Shown: piece by piece, positions 1 through 18,800 of the stretch
Numbering within the stretch: position 1 is the first letter of the stretch
Layout: the number at the start of each line of letters is the position of its first letter
NCBI GenBank assembly: GCA_002269645.1
Contig: NIVC01003385.1
Span: forward strand, 1-64,000
Origin: Macrostomum lignano
Lineage: Eukaryota
Reading direction: 5' to 3'
DNA length: 64,000 nucleotides
Made by a program: the position numbers and the translations under genes
The notes under the pieces: generated by a model
Seen by the model: the letters and a program-made list of their open reading frames with translations, nothing else
Database searches by the model: none
What the model was told of the DNA's origin: nothing

Positions 1-5
1 AGATG

Positions 6-43
<38 letters not shown>

Positions 44-44
44 A
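1..44. repeat. (AGAT)n microsatellite, truncated by window edge
   Basis: Direct tetranucleotide repeat. Confidence 0.95.
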
Positions 45-529
45 ATTACTACAATGCAATAGAATACAAATTATCCAAACTGAGAACAGCAAAGGCTCAG
101 TTAATAATGCATAGCAACTCAAAAGGCGTATTTCTGTACTATTGAACTTTCCAGCCGATTGTGAGAAAACAGCCCTGCTTGGACAGACGAAGCCTCTCTT
201 CTGTCCAGGAAAGACGTCGTAAGCATAGAAAATACAGGAAAAACATTTCTGCTACTAGAAGACAAGCACTTCGACTAGAAAGCGCTGCCTGATTCAACAT
301 ACTTGCATCATAATGCAAAAACAACAATCAGGTCTGTTAAAACTAAAAAAACAGATGCAACCAGCAAAACGAAATAGAAAAAAATTTAATTGAGAAAAGA
401 TAGCAAACCTATTTGCTCAATAATCATCGCACAGGTAGAAAGATTCTACGAAGCCTAAGGCTGCAATCTATTCTCTGATGTGTCGCGTAAATAACTTTTG
501 CATAGTTAATGCCTATTGTTTTTTATCCC

Positions 530-1275
530 TAGACACTAAACTACACAAACCCTAGACTTCACAAACCCTAAACTTCACAGCCCCAAAACTTCACAGCCCC
601 TAAACTTCACAGCCCCTAAACTTCACAGACCCTAAACTTCACACACTAAACTTCACAGACCCTAAACTTCACAAACCCTAAACCTCACAAACTCTAAACT
701 TCACAGACACTAAACTTCACAGACCCTAAACTTCACAAACCCTAACCTACACAGACCCTAAACTACACAGACCCTAAACTTCACAGACCCTTAACTTCAC
801 AGACCCTAAACTTCACACACTAAACTTCACAGACCCTAAACTTCACAAACCCTAAACCTCACAAACTCTAAACTTCACAGACACTAAACTTCACAGACCC
901 TAAACTTCACAAACCCTAAACTACACAGACCCTAAACTACACAGACCCTAAACTTCACAGACCCTTAACTTCACAGACGCTAAACTTAAGTCACAGACCC
1001 TAAACATCAGACCCTAAACTTCACAGACCCTAAACTTCACAGACCCTAAACTTCACAAACCCTAAACTTCACAGACCCTAAACATCACAGACCCTAAACT
1101 TCACCAAACCTAAACTTCACAGACCCTAAACATCAGACCCTAAACTTCACAGACCCTAAACTACACAGACCCTAAACTACACAGACCCTAAACTACACAG
1201 ACACTAAACTACACAGGCCCTAAACTCCACAGGCCCTAAACTACACAGACCCAAAACTACACAGACCCTAAACAA
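530..1275. repeat. 16-bp tandem repeat (ACCCTAAACTTCACAG)n just 3' of ChaC
   Basis: About 45 imperfect copies seen directly; each contains CCCTAAA. Confidence 0.95.
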
Positions 1276-1289
1276 CACAGACCGTAAAT

Positions 1290-3485
1290 TTAGGACTGAG
1301 CCATTGTTGCCGATGAGCCATTGTGCTTGCCCAGCAGAAGCAGCACAGCCGCCTCAACCTCGGCCAGATGAGGGTCCAGAGCATCTGGGGCGCCGATATC
1401 GCGCATAGCAGCAGCCAGTCGCAGCACATAATCTGTATTGGGACCGCTGGCTCCCGAAGCGATTGCAACTCGTTCAGCAATGCTTGGCACAGTCTGGGGC
1501 CCTAAATAGTGCCGCTCGCCGCTATTAACATACACACTGGCGGCTAGCGGCTGGCCGGGCCGGTCAGCAGGGTAGAATTGAATTGGCAGCATTCCGTAAC
1601 CGGCTTTCTCGCGTTCGTCCAGGTGGCTGCGGACCCGCGCCACTTCGTCCTCTGCCAGCCGGTAGGCGGCACCCCAGACTCGCTCGCCCGGACTCGGCAC
1701 CAGAGTCACTGTGCGGCCCGGCTGCCAGGTGAAATAGGCACGCTTAATATTCTTAATACTCCAGGTATTCATCCCTTAATTAGTGATCCAATCATCCAGG
1801 TATTAATTCCTAATCAGTGATCCAACCATCCAGGTATTAATTCCTAATCAGTGATCCAATCATCCAGGTATTAATGCCTTAATTAGTGATCCGATCATCC
1901 AGGTATTAATCCCTAATCAGTGATCCTATTATCCAGGTATTAATCCCTAATCAGTGATCCAATCATCCAGGTATTATCCATAATCAGTGATCCAATCATC
2001 CAGGTATCAATCCCTTAATTAGTGATCCAATCATCCAGGTATTAATCCCTTAATTAGTGATCCCATCATCTAGGTATTAATCCCTTAATTAGTGATCCCA
2101 TCATCCAGGTATTAATCCCTTAATTAGTGATCCCATCATCCAGGTATTAATTAATCCCTAATCAGTAATTCAATCATCCAGGTATTAACCCCTTATCAGT
2201 GATCCAATCATCCAGGTATTAATCCCTAATCAGTGATCCTATTATCCAAGGTATTAATCCCTAATCAGTGATCCTATTATCCAGGTATTAATCCCTTAAT
2301 TAGTGATCCCATCATCCAGGTATTAATCCCTTAATTAGTGATCCAATCATCCAGGTATTAATCCCTTAATTAGTGATCCCATCATCCAGGTATTAATTAA
2401 TCCCTAATCAGTAATTCAATCATCCAGGTATTAACCCCTTATCAGTGATCCAATCATCCAGGTATTAATCCCTAATCAGTGATCCTATTATCCAAGGTAT
2501 TAATCCCTAATCAGTGATTCTTTTATTCTAGTATTAATCCCTAATTAGATGTCCCATCATCCAAGGTATTAATCCCTAATTAGTGACCCTATAATCCAAG
2601 GTATTAATCCCTAATCAGTGATCCTATTATCCAGGTAATAATCCCTTAATTAGTGATCCCATCATCTAGGTATTAATCCCTTAATTAGTGATCCCATCAT
2701 CCAGGTATTAATCCCTTAATTAGTGATCCCATCATCCAGGTATTAATTAATCCCTAATCAGTAATTCAATCATCCAGGTATTAACCCTTATCAGTGATCC
2801 AATCATCCAGGTATTAATCCCTAATCAGTGATCCTATTATCCAAGGTATTAATCCCTAATCAGTGATCCTATTATCCAGGTATTAATCCCTTAATTAGTG
2901 ATCCCATCATCCAGGTATTAATCCCTTAATTAGTGATCCCATCATCCAGGTATTAATCCCTTAATTAGTGATCCCATCATCCAGGTATTAATTAATCCCT
3001 AATCAGTAATTCAATCATCCAGGTATTAACCCCTTATCAGTGATCCAATCATCCAGGTATTAATCCCTAATCAGTGAACAGTGATCCTATTATCCAAGGT
3101 ATTAATCCCTAATCAGTGACACTACAATCTAAGGTATTAATTTGCTAATTAGTGACACGATAATCCAATGTATTAATCCCTAATTCGAAATCCCATCCTC
3201 CAGGTATAATAAATCCCTAATTAGAGATCCCATCCTCTAGATATGAATACCTAGTTAGAGATTAGGGATATATTGGTATCATTAAAGCAGTGCAGAAGAT
3301 ACAAACTGAAAATGAAAATGAAACAGAAAATACTAAATCCAAATAACTTACCAAATCAGGAGTTCCTCTATGGTCAGGACTGGACTGCCAGAATCTTCTG
3401 GCATAGTCAAGTACATAGCCATACAGCTTCTCTTCATATGGAAAATCTGCTTTCCACACCAGAGACCATAGCCAAATATCCACAT
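1290..3485 (-). CDS. CHAC: Glutathione-specific gamma-glutamylcyclotransferase (ChaC family); exons 3485-3352 and 1721-1290; apparent 1-nt deletion near 3465
   Basis: Exon 1 reads MWIFGYG[fs][37 protein letters not shown] with GTAAGT donor; exon 2 after CAG acceptor continues in frame [38 protein letters not shown]; these are ChaC signature motifs. Confidence 0.9.
1765..3250. repeat. 34-35-bp tandem repeat (ATCCAGGTATTAATCCCTAATCAGTGATCCAATC-like) filling the ChaC intron
   Basis: About 40 copies with recurring variant blocks. Confidence 0.95.
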
Positions 3486-6400
3486 TCTGGACCACTAAAA
3501 GTATCCAATAAAGTAGAAATTTATTTGAAAACTAACTATTATTTTCTTTTTAGAGCAACTATAAGATTCAAAAAGATAATAAAATATATGCTTAAGTTTT
3601 ATGCCATAAATATAGCTATGGCAATAGGATACTATGGCAGTCTATAATATAGTTGACAGTCATTTTGTCTGCCAACAAAATATTAAAAATGATATCAGTT
3701 TTCATGTGTATATAATATTAAAAGGAAATATCTGGATTGTATATCTTTAAAATACTTTAAAGTAAAGATAACAAAATCATTTTAAAAAAGAACAATTGTA
3801 TCTAAAAATATTATTACCCAAAAGACCCAACCAAATGTGGACTTGACCTATATACTAATGTTTTGTTTATTATGAATAAACTCTGCAACAGGACAGCAAA
3901 TGTGTTATCTAGAGCCCAACTGGGATCCCAATCCCAATCCCAACTTGGTTGGGACCTGCGTGTTTTTTTCAGATTCCTGACCATGTTGGGAATAAGTGTC
4001 AGGAGTTAGGTGGGATTAATAAAAAGTTTTTACATTTTAAGTATACCAAATTGATTTGTTTATTTAGTTTGAGGTTCTTTTGATTTCCTAGAATATGTTT
4101 ATGTAAATGAATCAATTAACTTATTCAAACAAAGTGATTGAAAAACACAATTTTATGCTCAAGGTGTTATTTGATCATCTATAATTATGAGAAAAATCAA
4201 CAAAATGAAAAATATAAAGTTTTGTGCAAAAAATATGACAATAGTCAAATAGAGCAAGGTTGAGACTTGAAATTCACTACACATGTAACTACCAAATTTG
4301 AATCATTCTACTCAATTGCTCAACAAAACTTGACTTGAATAGCCTACTCAGCTTGAACTCCCAAGGTTTGGTCAAGTACTCGACTTGACCAAAACCTGAG
4401 TTTGTCTGGGCTCTATGCTTTAGTAGTACCAACTTATACTAAACTACAACTTAGGCTAATATAGTAGTGGTAATATCACCTACATTAGATAGGGCCTACT
4501 AATAAGAATTAATAAATGTGCCTACTGGCCTATCTATATATTATAGTAATAAATGCACCATTAGCTATCATATACCTAGTTAATAAGCCTGGATGCTGAT
4601 GGTAGACCTTGATCCCAATCCTAACCAATCCTAAGTCCCAACTTTTTGAATTCAATCCTATCCAATCAGATTTTTCCTATCCCAGTTGGGCTCTAGTGTT
4701 ATCACCATTGGATAGGGGTAGGGGTAGGCCAAGGATCACAATAGCCAGCCAATCACAATCATGTTCAACTACAAACTACTCTGCTTTCTGATTCCCTAAC
4801 TGTCTAAAGCACAAAACTTTTTTCAATGGATATTTAAATTAAATATAAAGCTTCTTTGAAATGTTGCAATAAACAAAACTATATATACAAAAAAGACATC
4901 TCACAATAACTCTTTGCATGACTTGCAATATCTCATTATAAAAAAAGCTTTATAAGCTATATAGCTATACTTTACTTTTTCTTTTTAGAAAGTTGTTTTG
5001 TCTACCGGTAGACAAAATGATAATGCACTTATATAATATAGATAGTAGATATAAGCATGCCTACAAAGAATTACTTTAAATTATAGCTTCAAATATGGAA
5101 ATAGTCATACAATTAGGCCTAGTTTTATTTTTTTATAGAAAAAAACAAAAGCGAACAAATTTACATTAAAATGATAAAATAGATCAATAGGATGAAAATA
5201 ACTAGTTAACAATAATTAGTGTAATTAGTGTAAACTCTTGCCTATTTATTGCTTTGCTAGGCCTATTATTATGAATATAGCTATGATATACTATGACAAA
5301 TATAATAAAACATCAGCATTTTTCTTTTAAAAAAAAACATTTTTTCAATCTATTTAATGTAGCAAGTATATAATTTAATGCCGATTGGCAGAAACCATGC
5401 CAACTATTATCAAAGTTTTGGCTATAGATAACAATCAATTTAATAGTTTAGAGTAAAACTTATTATTGTTTTAAAGGGAGAGCTTAGTTTAGTTTATGAT
5501 TTCAATGCTTTAATGTTGCATAGATAAAAATGAAAATAATTTTACAATATATTGCGATAGGCCTAAGTAGTACTTATTTCTAGAATGATAAAACAATTTG
5601 GAGCAATATGCAACCAACTAGAGTAGAGTCTTAAAATACTTCTATTCTATCCCCTTTAAAAGCATTAAATTGTTGCTCTAACAATTAAATTGGTTGTTAG
5701 GCCTATCGATGTCCAAGAATTAGTAGCAGTTTACTGCAAGCTGCAGCTGCTATAGGTCTATGTATATATAGTTTTTTGACTTGCATATTATTAAGTAGAC
5801 TAGATCAAAAATACTATAATATAAAATAATAGCAGCTAAAAACACAAAAAGCTGTTTTTATATTGCAGCTTGAGCTAAAGAAATATATTAATTTAAAAGC
5901 CATAGTTTGCCTATACTCTAAGTATACCTATAGCCAAAACCCAATTATTATTCATTACAGTTACGTTAGCTATAATAATTCATTTCTTAAAATTCAACTC
6001 ATTTCAATGTCAAATGCTAGTTTTGCTTGAACTAAAGCTACTTGGTTTAATTAACTGTATTCAGTTTGAAAATGACTCAGAGCCCCAAACTAATAAAATG
6101 CGTTAGTAGTCTTGCCTTCCACTGTTTTGTAGGCCTATGGCTATAGCCTATAATTAATTTATTTTTTGTTAGTTGTTAAATAATTCATTCAACTTAGATT
6201 TTCTCCGAAACGAAATATTTAAATAATTGTCATTCACGAAAACTTACGATGTCACGAGCAAACTAACCTGCAGAGCTCAAATGTGCTTGTTGTCGTCTGT
6301 ATACGGGTACATATGGATAGTTGATGCCTTCAATGCCAAAGGCAATTTTTTTATTTCGTAATCAGTCTATACTTTAAAAAGTACTTGCGAAGCATGCTAC

Positions 6401-8509
6401 TTATGGCTGTCGTCTGTACTATTTTGACCCTGCAGGGCCAGGCGGTATGCAACCAGGCGGTATGGCTGGTATGCAAACCAGCCATAATACATGTACATGT
6501 GTCTGTAATTGAGTGGCTGCGGCTAGAATCACAGGATTTAGATTTAATTATAGTACTTTTAGTGAGACTAAAGTGTCTTTAACAACGCCTAATGACACTA
6601 TTCATAAAATATAAGAGCACGCAAACCCTTTTTCCTTTGCTTTTACATGTAATTTTAATTTTAGGACCAAAAATTTGAACCGAAAAATTCATGAAAAGTG
6701 AATTATGAAACGATTCGATCCAGTAATTATTTTTTATTCACGAATTTTGTAGAATCGAGCTTGTTAGAGGATCATATAGTTATTAAATTGGATACGTCTC
6801 AGGGCATTATTAAAAATACAATAACGTAAAAATAACGTAATTAAAAATTACTTTATTATATTATAGAGACGTCGCGTAATGCAAAAGTATAACTTCCTTG
6901 TTTATCAATGCCGCATGACGTCGAAGCGGCTGACGATGTTTTCTTCGAAATACGTGTCGATTTGTTGTTAGCTGTAATGTACAACAAAGTAAAGCAATTA
7001 ACCATGAGCAAACGTACTAGATCTAAAATTAAATTGTTAACGTTTTATTTAATGCACGCGGTTTTGCCGTTAAACTATACATGTAATGTACATGTAGAGC
7101 GCACGATATAGCATATAAATTAAAATATTATTTTATTATGTAAGCTACTATACTCTTACTCATGTAATAAACATTTTACGTGCTAAACATACATTCTGCA
7201 GTGTACTGTACGACGTACAGTACATACGAGTAATAAAAGTATTTTAATTGCCTGTAGTTGATCAATACTGGATAACTTACAGTGTACAGAATTTCAGTGG
7301 CTTTCCTTTTCTAGCAGAATCAGGCTGTGGTGCCCATTTATAGCTTTTCAAAATAACAAATTTGCTCCTGCTCCAAAATGGTTCTGCGTGTTCCTGCATA
7401 CATGTAACATATGTACGCACTGTGGGAAAGTTGAATTTACAAGTAGAGTTCTGCGTGTATACAGTGAATTTTCTGTTCTGTTCGCATATAAAGACAACAT
7501 GAAGTGAGTTGTATAGAATTGTTGTTTGAGTGAAACCAGATACCAAAGATGATTTAGGACCCCTAGCTGCAAAACTATAAGATGCAGCATGCAGCGTGCG
7601 CAGCATTTGCTACAATAAGTGTTGATTCGTAACAACGTTAACAGAACTAACAGAAACCAGAAACCTTATATATGCGAAGCAAATTCGATATGGTCTCCCC
7701 AAAAATAGTTCCCTTTAGCCGGCAGAACTTTTCGTCCATTTTGGAGGCAACTACATTCACACCACGCGAGGCTCTCAAATTACAATGATTCATATATGCC
7801 TTTTGCGCTGCCGCAAGCTTGTATACTCGTAATATAGCTATTACTATATAATAACTGATAGGTACTATAGCTGAGATGATGGCAGCTGGATGGCGGGGTG
7901 GGACTTGCTCACCTCAAAGAACTCAGCCTGCACTCAAACAGAATTTTTATACACCCAGAATATAGGGCACATGTGCCGTATAGCATTTAATATTAGCGAT
8001 AAGAGTTCTGCAGCCCACACTGCGGTGCATATTCTACTCATATTCTCTACTTGAATTTCTTCTGTCCTCTTCGCCATGCAACCAAAGCAGCACGCTACTT
8101 CATTCATTCATTCATTCATTCATAATTGCCCCGACTCCATTCAGCTCACTCTGCTCTGCAGTTCCAAATAATAGCCCTGGCTGAGGGGCGGGGTTGGCCG
8201 CCGCAGCCCCCCCTTCCCCAGCAAAAGAAGCTTGGCTCTCGATCGGCTGCTGCTGGGTAAGAAAATCGTCGCTGCCAGCGCTCTCTGAGTGGCCGCGGCT
8301 GCCTTTTTTTGAACGCTGTAAGAAAAGGAACTAGGAGAGCAGAAAAACGTGTAATTTGGTCGACAGAGGCTGGCTAGCGCCTTTTCTTTACAATATTATA
8401 TTCGGTAATTAAGGAGCAATCGGCAACACGCAACTGCTGCGCGTCCCAGTTCAAGCGAACGGCCGACGTCGCAGCTGAGAGAGAAAGAGAGAGAGAGAGG
8501 TTCTGCCGA

Positions 8510-13131
<4,622 letters not shown>

Positions 13132-13929
13132 ATTGCAAATTTATGCAACTACACCTGAAAAATCTGCAATAGGACAGTTTTCATTAATTTTAATTTGCTT
13201 TTGGCATGCTAGATTTAGTTCTCATCAAGTCCAGTTTATTTTGCTGCTCAATGCAATCGCTATAGGTGAGCTATTCATTTCAACTGGAGGCAGGTAAGAA
13301 ACGACTATAATCCCTGTAATCCAGTTTTTATTGCGGCTCGGATAAGGGGCCGGGTTCACCGACACTATGCAAGACCGACATTTAACAAATCCGACATTTT
13401 ACAACCACCTCCATTTTGTGACTATTAAGTCTACGCGTCATTTATGCTTGAATTCATATTTTACTTGATTCCAAGTTTAAACATCAGTATTTAGTGCATC
13501 TTCCAAATTTGTTAAAAATATGCCTAGTAGGCATCTGTTAAAAAATATGGCTACCATATGCATCTGTTGCCATGTATAAAAACTGCTTGCCAAAACTTGC
13601 TTGAGTCATGGGGTTCATTGTTGAGTCCAAATTAGACTATCATTTTTTCTCTGTTCCATTTTTTGCTGACTTAAATTTGTTTCCGAATTTAATTATTAAT
13701 TACAAAACGATTGGTTCTGCAAGGATGTTGAAAAGCTTTTTCATCAACCATGCAATTGAGTATGCGAATGAGAACGGAAGAGACAAGAGTAAAGAATAAT
13801 TCAGTAAGCTGACACCACATGGCATGACAAACGTTACATTATACGAGCTCAGCCGAGACAAAAAGGGTTTCATTTGATAACATAATATGACATGAGAGGA
13901 CATAAGATGAGATGAGGCATGAAATTAGA

Positions 13930-14176
13930 GGAGGAGAGGAGAGGAGAGGAGAGGAGAGGAGAGGAGAGGAGAGGAGAGGAGAGGAGAGGAGAGGAGAGGA
14001 GAGGAGAGGAGAGGAGAGGAGAGGAGAGGAGAGAGAGGAGAGGAGAGGAGAGGAGAGGAGAGGAGAGAGGAGAGGAGAGGAGAGGAGAGGAGAGGAGAGG
14101 AGAGGAGAGGAGAGGAGAGGAGAGGAGAGGAGAGGAGAGGAGAGGAGAGGAGAGGAAAGGGAGGAGAGGAGAGGAG
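13930..14176. repeat. (GAGGA)n pentanucleotide array
   Basis: Direct. Confidence 0.95.
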
Positions 14177-14651
14177 ACAAAATGAGTCGCGCAGCAGCAT
14201 TGAAAAAGTACAGCAAATTGCGTGCCCTATCCACTGTACTTTAAACTGTGACCGTTTGCACACCAGTTCCCGATGAGCAAGAGCTATTAGAATGGAGTGT
14301 TTATTTAAAACAGTGTTTGCAAATTTGGAAGTTTGGAAGGTGTGTGCAAATTTCCATTCAAGAAGCGGATCATTAAACTCAGAAGATTGCCACCGTACAA
14401 AAAATACCAATTCAACATGCCAGAAAGAAAGTGTTAAAAACCCGAGTTATATAATTTTCTCGTCAATCTGAGACAGACCAGCTTGTTTAGCCGCAGAATA
14501 GGACACTGAATGCCAGGCTGAGGTTGCACGACTGAAAGTTGAAAAAATGGAGTTCCAAATTTCTACTTAACAGTAGTAAAACGATGTTTTCTTCTAAAAA
14601 AACGCCGTCAATGCAAACGAATTTGCTGTATTAGGGGTTGGTAAGTTTTTT

Positions 14652-15753
14652 TCACATCAATAACCAGACAAGGAATCCAGCGCATGGCTGCGAGTGTGAT
14701 GAGAGTAGAAAGGAGAGGGAATGGAGGATAAAAGATAAAAGGCATAAGAGGCGAGGGACGGGATAAGAGAAAAAATAGGAAGATAAGAGGATAGAAGAGC
14801 GGAGAGAGGAGAAAGAGAAAAGGTAAAGGGAAAGGGAGGAGATGGGGGAGAGGATAGAAAGGAGAGGGGAGAGAGGAGAGGGGAGAGAGCAGAGGGGAGA
14901 GAGGAGATGGGGGAGCGGAGAGGGGAGAGAGGAGAGAGCAGAGGGAGAGAGTGGAGATGCAGTAGAAGAGAGGAGAGGGAAGAAGAGAAAGAGAATATGG
15001 GAGAGGACGTGAGAGCGGAGGAGAGACAGAGGAGAAGAGAGAGAGGAGGAGAGAGGAGGAGGAGAGAGAGGAGGAGGAGGAGAGAGAGAGGAGGAGAGAG
15101 AGGAGGAGAGAGAGAGAGGAGAGAGAGGAGGAGAGAGAGAGAGAGAGGAGAGAGAGAGGAGGAGAGAGAGATGAGGAGAGAGAGAAGAGGAGAGAGAGAG
15201 ATGAGGAGAGAGAGAGGAGGAGAGAGAGAAGAGGAGAGAGAGAGATGAGAAGAGAGAGAGGAGGAGGGAGAGAAGAGGAGAGAGAGAGAAGGAGAGAGAG
15301 AGGAGGAGAGAGAGAGGAGCACAGAGAGAGGGGGAGAAAAGAGTAGAGAGAGAGAGAAGGAGAGAGAGAGGAGGAGAGAGAGAGAAGGAGAGAGAGAGGA
15401 GGAGAGAGAGAGGAGGAGAGAGAGAGAAGGAGAGAGAGAGGAGGAGAGAGAGAGGAGGAGAGAGAGAGGAGGAGAGAGAGAGGAGGAGAGAGAGAGAGAA
15501 GGAGAGAGAGAGGAGGAGAGAGAGGAGGAGAGAGAGGGGGGGAGAGAAGAGTAGAGAGAGAGAAGGAGAGAGAGAGGAGGAGAGTGAGAGAAGGAGAGAG
15601 AGAGGAGGAGAGAGAGAGGAGGAGAGAGAGAGGGGGAGAGAAGAGGAGAGAGAGAGGAGAGAGAGAGAGGAGGAGAGAGAGAGAGGAGAGAGAGAGGAGG
15701 AGAGAGAGAGGAGGAGAGAGAGAGGGGGGAGAGAAGAGGAGAGAGGGAGAGAG

Positions 15754-15803
<50 letters not shown>

Positions 15804-18800
15804 CTTTGCGGCCCGGAGCTTGCCGGCCCCTGAACTACTCGCAAAAGGCAGGTTGGCATGAAGCTTCATTCAGCAGCTTTACCATAAACAGGCCGATGAT
15901 CACCCAGCAATGAGGATCGCGGCAGAATAGCCCTTAAGAATTTGAACGATCTTCTTGTAGCAGGTCTGCAAAACAATAAAATAAATCGAGATGTACTTTT
16001 TAATGATTACAATGATACCGGCTCAGAGCTGCTACCCAATCACAGCTAGCAGGGTGTGCTAGAGCTCAGAGCGGCTACCCAATCACAGCAGGGCTAGGAC
16101 TGTATATCCTAGACACACAATACTCTTTCATGAGCTCTTACCTGTGTGTGAACTCCGGGGCCATTGTGCGGAGAGAACGGACAGTCCGGATCTTTCATGT
16201 TCGCCACGAGTTCTTTCGGTTTGAGCTTGAAAATCGCCTCCTGTGTGAGAATAGTTTCCGTTAAATTAGTGCTTAGCTTGCATCAGTATAACCATACTGA
16301 TTTTCTGGGATACATTACTCAAGCCAACTAAGATTATACATGCCTGGGGTCGGCAAACTCCGGCCGCGAAGCCTCTATATCCGGTTCTCGGGTCCTTTGG
16401 AAACTTCACAAATAGCAATCGTTTTAGCAGTCTTTGTCTCAAGGGCCAGATGATAGAGGAAAGGAGAGGGAATAGATGATGAGAAATAAATGTAGGAGAT
16501 AAGAGGAGAAATGAGAGACGGGATGAGAGAAGAGATAAGGGATAAGAGAAAAGATAAGATAAGAGAAGGTGAGAGAGAAAGGAGAGGGGAAGAGAAGAGG
16601 GAAAGAAGAGAGAGGAGCTTGGAGAGAGAAGAGAGGAAAGAGGAGAGACGAGGGGGAGAGGGGAGAGGGGAGAGGGGAGAGGGGAGAGAAGAGAGAGGAG
16701 AGAAGAGAGAAGAGAGTGGAAAGATAAGAGAGGAGCGGGGAGAGAGGAGCGGGGAGAGAGGAGCGGGGAGAGAGGAGCGGGGAGAGAGGAGCGGGGAGAG
16801 AGGAGCGGGGAGAGAGGAGCGGGGAGAGAGGAGCGGGGAGAGAGGAGCGGGGAGAGAGGAGCGGGGAGAGAGGAGCGGGGAGAGAGGAGCGGGGAGAGAG
16901 TAGCGGGGAGAGAGGAGCGGGGAGAGAGGAGGAGCAGGGAGAGAGGAGGCGAAAGACGTGGAGAGAAGAGAGCAGAGAAGAGAAAAAGAGCTGAGAAGAG
17001 ACTTAAGCCTTGAGCGAGACAGATTGCTATTGTGAAGTTTCAAAAGACCCGTATAGAGAGGCCTCGTGGGCCAAGTTTGACCCGCGGGCCGGAGTTTGCC
17101 GACCCCTGACGTTACTCGTAGGTCAAGGGCCTCACCTGGTCCTTAAACTGGCAGCACGAGATGGGCGTCAGCAGCACCAGGGTGTCCTCGAAGAACTGTC
17201 GAATAGCCGAGACATTTTTTAAAATGTTCAAGTCTGTGATGTTGAAATCTTTAGGGATCACCAGGCCGTCTGGAATCTTGTCGGGCAAGTTCACATTCGG
17301 GGGCAGCGTGGCTCCGGGCGGGATGCGGTTCCTGCGGGTTCCGGGTGCCGGCTATGTGATAAACTCACCCATGAACCACCCGGGTGTCACTGTTGACTAC
17401 GAGTATAGATTTCATTCACTATGGCAGTCACTCACGAACTCACCAATTCACGATTTAGGGGATGCTTGCTATCTAGGGATGCTTGCTATCTGGGGGATGC
17501 TTGCTATCTGGGGGATGCTTGCTATCTGGGGGATGCTTGCTATCTGGGGGATGCTTGCTATCTGGGGGATGCTTGCTATCTGGGGATGCTTGCTATCTTG
17601 GGGATGCTTGCTATCTGGGGGATGCTTGCTATCTGGGGGATGCTTGCTATCTGGGGGATGCTTGCTATCTGGGGGATGCTTGCTATCTTGGGGATGCTTG
17701 CTATCTTGGGGATGCTTGCTATCTGGGGGATGCTTGCTATCTGGGGGATGCTTGCTATCTGGGGGATGCTTGCTATCTGGGGGATGCTTGCTATCTGGGG
17801 GATGCTTGCTATCTGGGGGATGCTTGCTATCTGGGGGATGCTTGCTATCTGGGGGATGCTTGCTATCTGGGGGATGCTTGCTATCTGGGGGATGCTTGCT
17901 TTTTGGGGGATGCTTGCTTTTTGGGGGATGCTTGATATCTGGGGGGGGGGGATGCTTGCGGACTTGGGGGATGCTTTCGATTTAGAGGGAATGCCTGTTA
18001 TCTTTGTGAGGGCTATATTTTTTGTGTCTGTTTATTACTTTTAGAAGTAAGATTATTACTTTTAGAAGCAAGATTATTACTTTTAGAAGCAAGAGATTCA
18101 TAGCAAGCATCTTTGTCCGTGACAATTTTACTTGAATAAAGTGATTTATAAAACTGAAGAAGCAATTGGTTCTTAAGAAAATGTGCTTTTTTAATGGATT
18201 GCTTGAATAATTTTTGCTCCTTGCTTATTGAGCGCCCCGAAGTGGGGCACTAGATTGCTAGTCACGAAGTCACTCACTACTCAACAACAACAAGATACGC
18301 TGTCTGTTGGTGACAGTCAGGCAGGGCCTCGGACTGCAGGACTGACCTCACAGTACGATCCTAGTGGACGCTGCATGTGGGAACCAGACCAACTACTGAC
18401 AATGCGGAAACTTTGTCACCTGTCATTCGGGCCTCACTACTCAAACCTACTCACTTGAGCTCTTACTCATTCTCTCAGTCATCAAAAAGCCGCACACTCG
18501 CAGGCAACTCACTTTAGCCAGTCTGGCACAGTGCTAGACGAACTCTTCCCGGTATCATCGCTCATGACGCCTTTAAACATGCCGGAAATGCCCGAGCTCT
18601 CGTCTTTAGAGTTGTTTTTGTCCAATTTAAGCAGCTCGGCAAGGCCACGGTTGGAGGATTGCCAACTGGAACTGTTTCGAATGTCGCCGACCTCGCGGGC
18701 GCCGCAACAGCCAAGCTGCAAAGTAATTTTGAGTCAGTAAAAACGGACGAGAATTGTATTGCAACATATTTTTACCAAGGCAAAATTAGCCCCATTGTCC

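Noticed and set aside
530-1275. True telomeric array
   Set aside because: CCCTAAA is embedded in a 16-bp unit, internal to the window and beside a gene.
13839-17043. Ser/Leu/Pro-rich and Glu/Arg-rich ORFs
   Set aside because: Translations of GA/TC low-complexity intronic arrays.
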